From an uncultured Clostridia bacterium (GTDB lineage: Bacteria > Bacillota > Clostridia > Oscillospirales > Acutalibacteraceae), in NCBI GenBank assembly GCA_946185345.1, contig CAMHJC010000001.1, positions 486-64,485 on the forward strand: 64,000 nt of DNA, in the 5' to 3' direction. Numbering within the stretch: position 1 is the first letter of the stretch; each line of letters starts with the position of its first letter. Positions 17,749-26,400 of the stretch are shown here, piece after piece. The position numbers and the translations under genes were made by a program. The notes beneath the pieces were generated by a model. The model ran no database searches. It saw nothing but the letters and a program-made list of their open reading frames with translations, and had not been told where the DNA came from.

Positions 17749-17988
17749 TCAAGCTTCACTTGTCTCCATATCGGCCATTACTTCTGAAATGTTGATGTTG
17801 CTTAATCTGTTATAGACTTTTTCGTAATTGCGGGCGACATCCGTAATGGCGCCGGCGCACATCTCCGTACCGATTCCCTGAAAATTCTCACCCCGGAGAT
17901 CTTCCGCAATTCCGTAAAGATCTTTGATGATTCTGCTCAGATCATTCTTGATATCACGTATCTGTTCCTTTGCTTCATATTCTGTCAT
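17749..17988 (-). CDS. 79-aa helical hairpin protein (FQG in place of WXG), putative effector partner
   Basis: ATG 17988 follows GGAGG. The track start at 18066 would overlap the upstream gene. Central ENFQGIG turn. Sits directly downstream of lipase effector 2. Confidence 0.55.
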   Translation of the reverse strand: MTEYEAKEQIRDIKNDLSRIIKDLYGIAEDLRGENFQGIGTEMCAGAITDVARNYEKVYNRLSNINISEVMADMETSEA

Positions 17989-18010
17989 ATAAAACAACCT
18001 CCTCGCATCT

Positions 18011-19519
18011 TTACATTGCGCCGGTGATAGTTGATTCCACCGCATCAAATTCCCTCGCCGTATCATTCAGATAGGATACGCACGACGCCAGCAGTCCGCT
18101 TCCGTTGGTTCTGATGTCTGCCGCCATTAGATTCCATTTATCAAAAAGATTCAGGGCGGAATACAGTCTGTCCATCCTGTCGTCTATGGATACCAGTTTT
18201 TTGTTGATTCCGGCCAGTTTAGTGGCATATTTTGTCAGCTTGCCCGTATCCACTCTGATTTCGGTGTAGGACTGGGCGTAGATGTATCCTTTGTTGAAGT
18301 TGGAATTATACCACTCTTTGATGTTATTATAAATAGTCTGGATGGCGTCTTTGAATTCCCTGACTTTTTGCTTTGTCCAGTTGTACGCGGTTTCGAGCAT
18401 ATTGGCAACGCCTTCGATCACGTTGTTGATGAATTCCGTTACCGCCTCGTAAACGTATTCATAGGCATATGCCACAATCGCCGCCACGATGATGGCCGCC
18501 ACCTCCGCCATGATGAGCGAAGTGATATTGAGTTCCGTGAGAACAAGAATGGTGCCTATCAGATTAATCACGCCGTTAACCGAAATATTGCCGTCTTCAT
18601 CATACAATATATCAAGTCCGGCGGTTGTGACAATCATCAGATCAGCCGCAATCCATTTGATCTTGTTTCCGATAATCGAAGGCATATGGTCCACGCCGAG
18701 GGAAATCTTCTGCGTGATCCTGGAAAGGGTGTCCTGTTCGCCTTCGACCAGCGAATCGCCGTCGTAATCAAGATATTTTGTATCATGCCGGTTAAATGAA
18801 TTATATTTGTCGTCGTCCCTGTTTCTCACAGCCACATAGTGATACTCGCAATCCGGCAGGTCATTGAGCAGGTTGCCGACAAAGCTCCACCGGTAATGCT
18901 TCATTTTGGGACTCATATGGGCGATCTTATCCTTGTATTTTTTCAGAAACTCGCCCGAAAAACCAGGGCCGTCGAGACTGACGCACTGTGTGATATTTCC
19001 GTCGAGGCCGTACTCTTCCGAGACGATGGTGGCGTATTCCGCCAGATTGCCGCCCAGTGAATGGCCGGTCATACAGAGTTCATTATATCGGCTCAGAAGC
19101 TCCTTGTTTCTCTTCAGAAAATTTCTTACCTCACGCTGCTGCTTTGTGCAGGTCTCATTGATCAGCAGGATATCGGCTTCCGTCCAATCATGGATACCGT
19201 TGGCCAGTGAGGTGAGAGCTTCACTTCCTCTGAAGCCGACCACGCCGGCGCCGTCCGGCGTCTCCATCACGCAGCAGCTGAAGCCGTTTTTGTCATTGGT
19301 ATCGTGAACGGCGACGATTTTCCAGTCGTCGATATCACTGGCAAGCTCGTTTTTGATATAGTTGTAAATCCTCAGATTGTCTCCTGTCAGTCTTTTGGCA
19401 ATTTCCTTGAAGGTGAAGCTGGCGTTTTTTCCCATTTTTTCCATTGCTTCCTGAAAGAAGGAATCGAGATGCATATACGCCACCTGAGAGGCGGCCACCA
19501 TTCTTTTATCCGACTGCAT
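18011..19519 (-). CDS. Putative T7SS lipase/esterase effector 2: N-terminal alpha/beta-hydrolase (DUF2974-like, GHSLGG) + hydrophobic middle + C-terminal LXG-like helical domain
   Basis: Nucleophile elbow is GHSLGGNLAEY. Hydrophobic stretch is IMAEVAAIIVAAIVAYAY. The C-terminal about 110 aa (IRVDTGKLTKYATKLAGINKKLVSIDDRMDRLYSALNLF...) is homologous to the tail of the 20262-21773 product. Confidence 0.7.
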   Translation of the reverse strand: MQSDKRMVAASQVAYMHLDSFFQEAMEKMGKNASFTFKEIAKRLTGDNLRIYNYIKNELASDIDDWKIVAVHDTNDKNGFSCCVMETPDGAGVVGFRGSEALTSLANGIHDWTEADILLINETCTKQQREVRNFLKRNKELLSRYNELCMTGHSLGGNLAEYATIVSEEYGLDGNITQCVSLDGPGFSGEFLKKYKDKIAHMSPKMKHYRWSFVGNLLNDLPDCEYHYVAVRNRDDDKYNSFNRHDTKYLDYDGDSLVEGEQDTLSRITQKISLGVDHMPSIIGNKIKWIAADLMIVTTAGLDILYDEDGNISVNGVINLIGTILVLTELNITSLIMAEVAAIIVAAIVAYAYEYVYEAVTEFINNVIEGVANMLETAYNWTKQKVREFKDAIQTIYNNIKEWYNSNFNKGYIYAQSYTEIRVDTGKLTKYATKLAGINKKLVSIDDRMDRLYSALNLFDKWNLMAADIRTNGSGLLASCVSYLNDTAREFDAVESTITGAM

Positions 19520-19523
19520 GCCG

Positions 19524-20243
19524 TCACGCTCCTATTGATTCTTCCATTTCGGCAGGCGTCACCGAACTGACGCCGTTATCTATCAGCACATTCTGCATTC
19601 CGAGCGGATCATAATTCTGAATGGCTGCCAGCGTCACGCCGGGATAATCCTCCATCTCCTGCCGGCAGGGTTCATAGGCATCCTCCCGCATGGCAAAAAC
19701 CAGTGCGCCCAGGTCGATCTCCAAAGATTTCCCTGTGTCGATCAGAGCGTTCAGCACCTTTTCGCCGTAATTATCTCCCGGAATAAATATCAGCCGCACA
19801 TGGAACCGCTCTATGCCGTGCCTGCTTAAGAATTCACTGACGCTGATGCCGGTATCGGTTTCACTGACGCTGTCGGCTATATACACTTCAGAAGCGCCGG
19901 TCAGGCCTGACTTCTGAAGATGGCCGTCAATCACTCTCTCCACTTCACGGCATTTGAGAGCGGTGACGTAATTTTCCGTAATGGTGCCGTCCTTGTCAAT
20001 GGTGGCGGTAAACACCAGATCGGGGTCGTTTTTGGGAACAATGTAAAGAAGCGCATGGCTTGTATTCAGTCTGTCGCCGATGTGTGTCGCGGTAAATTCG
20101 CAGCCATAGACATTTTCCAGATAACTGCACACCTTGTCAGCCGTAGGTTGATTGATTTCCAGACATGCGCCCATTCCGATCATCATGCCCAAAGCCATAA
20201 TAATTCCTCCGATACGAATGATAATCCGACTCATTTTTTTCAT
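19524..20243 (-). CDS. Lipoprotein, putative immunity protein (paralog of 21787-22446)
   Basis: Lipobox in signal MKKMSRIIIRIGGIIMALGMMIGMGAC. Shares YLENxY..(K/E)F and GT(I/F)(T/S)(E/D)NY motifs with the other lipoprotein. Its stop is 4 nt from the effector 2 start. Confidence 0.65.
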   Translation of the reverse strand: MKKMSRIIIRIGGIIMALGMMIGMGACLEINQPTADKVCSYLENVYGCEFTATHIGDRLNTSHALLYIVPKNDPDLVFTATIDKDGTITENYVTALKCREVERVIDGHLQKSGLTGASEVYIADSVSETDTGISVSEFLSRHGIERFHVRLIFIPGDNYGEKVLNALIDTGKSLEIDLGALVFAMREDAYEPCRQEMEDYPGVTLAAIQNYDPLGMQNVLIDNGVSSVTPAEMEESIGA

Positions 20244-20261
20244 AACAAGTCCCTCGTAAGA

Positions 20262-21773
20262 TTAACCAAATGATTTGATGATGTTGTTTTCCACATTTTC
20301 AAATTCCTGCGCCACATCGTTAAGATAATCGCCGCAGGCCTTCAGCTTTCTGCTGTACTCAGTGGTAACATCCGCGCTGAGAAGCTTGAGCCCGTCAAAC
20401 AGATTGAGCCTGAAATACAGTCGGTCCATATCACGGTCAATGGTATCCAGCTGACCGTTAATTTCCGCAATTCTGTCACAGTAGCGATAGAGCTTGCCGG
20501 TATCCACCCGAATCACCGTACCTGCCTCTGCGACCATCCGCTCGATCCTTCCGGATTTTTTATTATACCAGTCTACTACCTTGTTGAAAAAGTCGGTAAT
20601 TTTTTTCACATTCTGCTTGATCACATCAAAGGGAAGTTTCACGATATCGACTACCAGATTTTCAACCAAAAGCGAAAGGTTGTCAATTTCGACTCTGAGA
20701 TTGACCAGTGTTTTATCGTCAATCGTAAAAGGACTTGTCATGACGATGCCCAGAATGATTCCGCCGATGTCCGCCAGCGTATTCGTTATCGTACCGATCA
20801 CCGGTATGTCGGAAACCAGCGCCAATCCCACTGTAATATTATGGAGCCACTTGCAAACCTCTTCCTGCTCCACATACGCTTCCTCCCGGAAGTTGCCGTT
20901 TTCGTCAAAGCTGCCGTTTCTGTCGGCATAGGTGAGTATGCCGTAGCTGCCGTGATTGAATATGGCGTCTTCGGCTCTTTCGTTGTCCGTCATATCCTCC
21001 TTGTGCTTTTTATTCCGATCGGGAATGCCGGTATGGGCATCTTCCAGATCGGACTTGGAGCCATGACCGCTGTCGCTCTTGACATATACGGTTTCTCCGG
21101 CTATATCTATCAGCAGGATATCGACAAAATCCTTGGAGCCGTTGATATTTTTGATCTTGTCCTTGTTGCGCGCGATCTGCCGGTCATAGCCCTGGACAAA
21201 CTCCTTGCTGAATCCCTGGCCTTCATACGAAACGCACCTGTCAATCTTGTCTCCGCAGACAATGGTCACATACATCGCCTGATTGCCGCCGTTTGAATGG
21301 CCTGTGACATCCATATGGTCATACGGAAGCGATCTGATGTACTCCGCCGCGGCCTCCTGCGATTTCTGGGACATATCCCCGTAACCGTGCGTATTGTTGT
21401 TCCATTGTTCGCTTGATCCGCCGGTGCCTCGGAAGGCCACCGTCACATCCCCCGAAGGCTCAACAAAACAGGCGGCACGTATTCCGCCGTAATCCTTTTG
21501 TGTAGGATACGTGACCTTCAGACTGCACAGCTTGTCGTCCTTCAGAATCTCCTCGAACAGGTGCTTGACAGCGGGAAGATCCGATTCCAGACCTCCCGAA
21601 AGGCTCCTGGAGCGACTGCCGAAAATCTTTTCGATCTTCTCCATGGAAACGCTGCCGTCCTCATTCTGGAATTCCGCCAGAATCTTGCCGAGAGGCTTAT
21701 TGTAATGGCAGTCTGTAAGATCGGTGTACATCAATGTATCAAGTAAAAGCATCTGTCGTTCTGACAAAGCCAT
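20262..21773 (-). CDS. Putative T7SS lipase/esterase effector 1 (same architecture as 18011-19519)
   Basis: Nucleophile elbow is GHSNGGNQAMY. The C-terminal tail VIRVDTGKLYRYCDRIAEINGQLDTIDRDMDRLYFRLNLF... is paralogous to effector 2. Confidence 0.7.
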   Translation of the reverse strand: MALSERQMLLLDTLMYTDLTDCHYNKPLGKILAEFQNEDGSVSMEKIEKIFGSRSRSLSGGLESDLPAVKHLFEEILKDDKLCSLKVTYPTQKDYGGIRAACFVEPSGDVTVAFRGTGGSSEQWNNNTHGYGDMSQKSQEAAAEYIRSLPYDHMDVTGHSNGGNQAMYVTIVCGDKIDRCVSYEGQGFSKEFVQGYDRQIARNKDKIKNINGSKDFVDILLIDIAGETVYVKSDSGHGSKSDLEDAHTGIPDRNKKHKEDMTDNERAEDAIFNHGSYGILTYADRNGSFDENGNFREEAYVEQEEVCKWLHNITVGLALVSDIPVIGTITNTLADIGGIILGIVMTSPFTIDDKTLVNLRVEIDNLSLLVENLVVDIVKLPFDVIKQNVKKITDFFNKVVDWYNKKSGRIERMVAEAGTVIRVDTGKLYRYCDRIAEINGQLDTIDRDMDRLYFRLNLFDGLKLLSADVTTEYSRKLKACGDYLNDVAQEFENVENNIIKSFG

Positions 21774-21786
21774 TGTTACACACTCC

Positions 21787-22446
21787 CTATCTTATTACAG
21801 TATTCAAAGGCGGTACGGAACTGTAGCTGTCAACATACTGATCCACGCTTTCCTGACTGTCCAGCGCTCCGTACTGCTCCGGAGCAAGCGGATATAACGC
21901 CACATAGCCCCCGAAATGCTCCGACTGAAGATCAGAACAGACAGCATCAAAAAGCTTCTGATCCTGTCCGGCTGACGACGGAACGAGAATGTGGATGTCC
22001 GTCCTGAAATGCTCGGGATATCTGACACGATAGCTGTCGAAGTCGTCCATATCCACCGCTTCGTCCGGAAAATAGGACGAAGTGAAATAAAACGTAAATT
22101 TCGCATCCTGTATATGCCTGTTCAGGATGGTCTGTATTCTGTCGCGGCAGACGGCTTTTGCCATAATGCCGTAATAATTATCTGAAAATGTCCCGGAATC
22201 CCGACACACTACTATTTTCTCGTTTGGATATGCGTCAGAAGAAAAAAGGATCTCAGCGTAAGGTATATCCATGCTCGGATAAATCACCGTCACCAGGTCA
22301 AACTTCTGATGGTATTTGTTTTCCAGGTATTTCTGCGCCTCACCCGCAAAATCGTAATTCTTATCCATACAACCGCTCACTCCCGAAATCAAAATTATCG
22401 CTACGGTCAGAAAAATACTTATGATTGATTTTCTTGCCAAATTCAT
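21787..22446 (-). CDS. Lipoprotein, putative immunity protein
   Basis: Lipobox in signal MNLARKSIISIFLTVAIILISGVSGC. Lies immediately upstream of effector 1. Confidence 0.65.
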   Translation of the reverse strand: MNLARKSIISIFLTVAIILISGVSGCMDKNYDFAGEAQKYLENKYHQKFDLVTVIYPSMDIPYAEILFSSDAYPNEKIVVCRDSGTFSDNYYGIMAKAVCRDRIQTILNRHIQDAKFTFYFTSSYFPDEAVDMDDFDSYRVRYPEHFRTDIHILVPSSAGQDQKLFDAVCSDLQSEHFGGYVALYPLAPEQYGALDSQESVDQYVDSYSSVPPLNTVIR

Positions 22447-22575
22447 ACTCCGACATTCCTATCCGTTACTTCATCATAAGGCTGCTTACAGGCATACAGG
22501 CAACAGCCGGGAATTACAGCTTAGGTAAAACTTCCCGACTGTCGCCAATACGTGTAGAATAATCGAGGATGCTGA

Positions 22576-22884
22576 TTATCTGAATGCTTCAGCAATGCTG
22601 ATATTCTGTGCTTCAGCGGCGTCATAACCTTCGGCTACATTGGCTCTGAGGAATTTGACATATTCGTTGATGATATCCTCGTACAGCTGGAAGAACTTTG
22701 AGGCAAACTCATTGTATGCGTCAATGGTGGAAGCGGAAGCTTCACCTTCCCAGATATTTGCCAGATGATCTACGGTTTCCTTGCTGCGCTGGAGCTCTTC
22801 TGTGAGCTTTTTATTCAGACTTTCAAGCTGGCTTGCGATCTCAAGCACTTGATCTGTACTTATTCTGATACTGTTACCGGCCAT
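22576..22884 (-). CDS. esxA: WXG100 protein (EsxA-like)
   Basis: 102 aa. Central IWEGEA (WXG) motif, two-helix layout, GGAGG-type RBS. Confidence 0.85.
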   Translation of the reverse strand: MAGNSIRISTDQVLEIASQLESLNKKLTEELQRSKETVDHLANIWEGEASASTIDAYNEFASKFFQLYEDIINEYVKFLRANVAEGYDAAEAQNISIAEAFR

Positions 22885-22906
22885 GTAATTTCACCTCCGT
22901 AAAAAA

Positions 22907-23212
22907 TTAGTTTGTCAGCTTACCTACCTGTGTGATGTTGTCATCCTGACGGGCAACATAGTTGGCTCTCTGCTTGTCAAGCGCTTCGCTTGCAAGAGCG
23001 AGCTTCTCCGCCATTTTCTTCAGCTCCTCGGTAAAACCGGTAATGCGCTGAACATAAGCGAGATTGTCAGCACCGTCCCAGGCGCTGCCCATGGTGCTTG
23101 CAGCCTGCATCAGCTGAGTGTAAATCTGTGTATAATTCTCGGAACTTGCGCGAAGCTTCTGCGACGCGGCAGCCATCTCCTCAAATGATGCAACATAGAT
23201 TGTTTTTCCCAT
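22907..23212 (-). CDS. WXG100 protein (second paralog)
   Basis: SAWDGAD motif. ATG 23212 follows AAAGGAGAA; the track start is 23233. Confidence 0.8.
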   Translation of the reverse strand: MGKTIYVASFEEMAAASQKLRASSENYTQIYTQLMQAASTMGSAWDGADNLAYVQRITGFTEELKKMAEKLALASEALDKQRANYVARQDDNITQVGKLTN

Positions 23213-23241
23213 AACAAGGTTCTCCTTTCGCAAAAATTGAA

Positions 23242-23499
23242 TTATATCAGCATGAGCCGGGAGCCGTTATGTATGCCAAGCTCCGCAACAATCATGTTAA
23301 TATTGTAAATAATGCCTGTGTCGGCGTCGCACAATACCGCATCACGCGACGCCTTGTATTCTCCTCCGGAGAGATCGCTGAGCGCGCTTGCGACAAGCTG
23401 CACAACTTCGCTCATTCTGCTCTCGAGAGGAATGAACACGTCAAATGTTTCTCCCGACGCGGGAACGGATATTTCAACCAAAGCTTTGTTACTCAGCAT
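23242..23499 (-). CDS. esaB: YukD/EsaB-like ubiquitin-fold T7SS protein
   Basis: 85 aa. The pattern ...FDVFIP....M.EV.......L......(long loop)....L.ELGI.NGS.LMLI is typical of YukD. Overlaps the essC stop by 11 nt. Confidence 0.75.
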   Translation of the reverse strand: MLSNKALVEISVPASGETFDVFIPLESRMSEVVQLVASALSDLSGGEYKASRDAVLCDADTGIIYNINMIVAELGIHNGSRLMLI

Positions 23500-26400
23500 C
23501 TTCTTCCTCCGTTTTGCTCTTCAGCAGCTTAATCTTGACGCACTTGCCCTTCTGCATGACATAGCCGAAGCCGGAGCCGATCGGTTTGCGCAGCTCAGGC
23601 GTCATGGTGGTCGGCTTCAGATAGAACTGGTCAGAGAAGCCGTTGCCTATCCATATGCCGTCCACCTGCGATACATTCTGTTTGTACCACTTCTCGTACG
23701 ACACAGCTGAAATGGCGTTGATCTGCTCGGCGATGACGATATTGATCCTGTAATCGACACTGCCTTTTTCCAAAATCAGCGACAGCCGTTCGTTGGCGTC
23801 CTGACTGAGCACGCCTTTGAGGGCGGCCAGCGAATTGATGATGACAAATACGCTTTCAAACGCCTCGGGATCCTGTCCCGCCGCCAGAGCATCCTTGTAG
23901 GTGTTGTTTCTGTAGAGCACCAGATCAAAGAGCTTTCGCACTTCGCTCTCGCAGTCCTTGGCCGAATTGCAGAGCGTCAGCGTGCCGGTGGGAACGGAAA
24001 CGGATTTGGGCGCATCAAAAACGACGCCCTTTACCACTTCGGTTGTACCCGCCAATTCCGCAAAATCGGCGATAAAATCCTGATATTCATTGCCGGAGGA
24101 ATGAACCATATTGATATAGGCCGCTCCGAAGGGGTAATAGCAGACATTGAGGGTGCTTTTTTCCATACCGACAGGAATCCGGATCCTGTCATTCGGGCGG
24201 ATATATCCCCGCAGGAATTCAACATCCACCTTCTCGGGGAGAATGGGAACCCTCTTGGCGACTTCGCCTTTCCACGAGGCGCTGACCTTGCGGCAGTCGT
24301 CACGGATAAAGGCAAAGGGTACGCTCTCGTCGGTCAGGCTGGCCGCCTGGAATTCATACAGCGCTTCCTGCCGGATAAGGCCTCTGCCCTTGATTTTGGC
24401 AGGATAAAGACCCTCGGTCTTGCCCACAACGGAGGAATAATCCGATTCGTCGTTGAGCTGCATTACCAGGAGCTGCTTGAAATTCTGAAGCATTCTGAAT
24501 TTGACACTCGTTGTGCCGAGGGCGGTGAGTACAAAATAAATGCCGTACTTGGTGCCTTCACGGGAAAGGAATGCCACGGCCTCCTCCCGGTCGCTGTATG
24601 TCTCGGTAAACGCGGAGAAATTGTTGATGGCCACCACTATGGACGGCAGAGTTTCTCCCGAAGTGCCGATATAGGAGCTGTAATCGCCGCCGTAATTGGC
24701 AAAGAGCTTTTTGCGCCGTCCGGTCTCTTCGAGCAGCATCTTGAAGAGATTGCCTACCTTCTCGGCTTCATAGGAAAGGATCACATCGCCCACATGAGGC
24801 GCATCGGCAAATGCCCTGAGCGTCTCGGATGCGAAATCGAGTATGTAAAGGTTGACTTCGTCGGGCGTGTGCTCGTGAATGAGCGAATAGATCATTGCGT
24901 TGAGGAATGTGGTCTTGCCGCTTCCCGCAACACCGTAGACCACGGCGTTGCCTTCTTCGGATATGGGAAGCCGCAGCACGCACTGCCTCTGGTTGGCCGG
25001 ATCGTCAAGCTCGCCGATGACGGGATTGAGCTTGAATCGTTCGGATACGACCGAGTATTTCTTCTTGACGTCTTCCATCATGATCACGGCAGGAATAGGC
25101 TCGAGCCAGAGCGGTCTGATCTTAATGCCTTCTTCCTCGGCGGTTTTCTTCAGATATTCAGTGATAACGTCAAGCTGCTTTTTGGCGTTGCCTCCGGCAT
25201 TCTTTCTGCCGGGCTTTACTTCTTTGATAACGTGTCCGTTGCGGTCGATGACGGCAACGCTGTTGTCTTTTTCCTTGACGACCGTTTCAGAGGGATAGTA
25301 CGGCGCTCCCGACCATGCAGACTGTCCGAGTTCAAACAGCTCGTTATAGCCGACCTGAAGATAGAAACGTCCGGTATCGGTCAGCTCGGCGGCGTCGGGA
25401 CGCTTGAGCATATCCATACTGTCGGCACGCTCCTGCACCTTGAGACACACACGGAACTTACTGTTGCTCCATATCTGATCGTCAACCACGCCGCTCGGCT
25501 TCTGGGTCGCCAGTATCAGGTGAACGCCAAGGCTTCGGCCGATACGGGCGGCACTGACCAGCTGGGTCATGAATTCCGGCTGCTGGGTTTTCAGCTCGGC
25601 GAACTCGTCGGAGATGATAAACAGATGCTGCAGCGGCTCCTCCACGGTGCCTTCCCTGTAGAGCTTCTGATACTTGTAGATATCGATGTTGCTGACGCCG
25701 ACCTTCTTGCTGGCGTCGGCAAAAATCGCCTGTCGGCGCTTCAGCTCACTCTCGATGGAAACGAGCGATCTCTTGATGGCGGCGCCGTCGAGATTGGTGA
25801 TAATGCCGGCGGTGTGCGGCAGATGTTCAAATGACTTCGCCATGCCGCCGCCCTTGTAGTCGATGAGGATAAAGGCCACCTCGTTGGGGTGATAATTGAC
25901 GGCCAGCGAAAGAATATAGGTAATGATAAACTCGGATTTACCCGAACCGGTCATACCCGCGACCAGACCGTGAGGGCCGTGGAATTTTTCGTGCAGATCA
26001 AGCTTGAAGGTCTCGCCGAGGGTATCCACACCCACAGCGGCTTCAAGAGATTTGGTGGGATCATTGTCTCTCCATCTCGCCAGGGCGTTGAGATGTTCGA
26101 CCATGCCGACTCCGAACATTTCCAGGAAGGTCAGCGTTCTGGGCAGCTTAAAGCTTGTCGCGCTGTTATCCAGCGTGATATTGGCAAGTCTCACGCTCAG
26201 GTCGAGCGGATCCTGCAGCGGCTTTATGTCAGGGAAAAATTCCGTGCTCTTGCCGGAAATGTCGTTTTTGTCAAAGAGTCTCGCTCTGTTGCCCGACAGC
26301 TCGACCACCATGGAACATTCCTTGGGCAAATCCTTCAGCTCGTCATAGATGGATATCACGCTGATGTTGAGATTTTCCTTCTTGGCGAGCACCTGTTTGA

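Noticed and set aside
22504-22541. Hairpin CAGCCGGGAA...TTCCCGACTG downstream of the EsxA-like gene as an intrinsic terminator
   Set aside because: A 9/10-bp stem is present but there is no U-tract on the transcribed (minus) strand. It may modulate mRNA stability, but I cannot support calling it a terminator.
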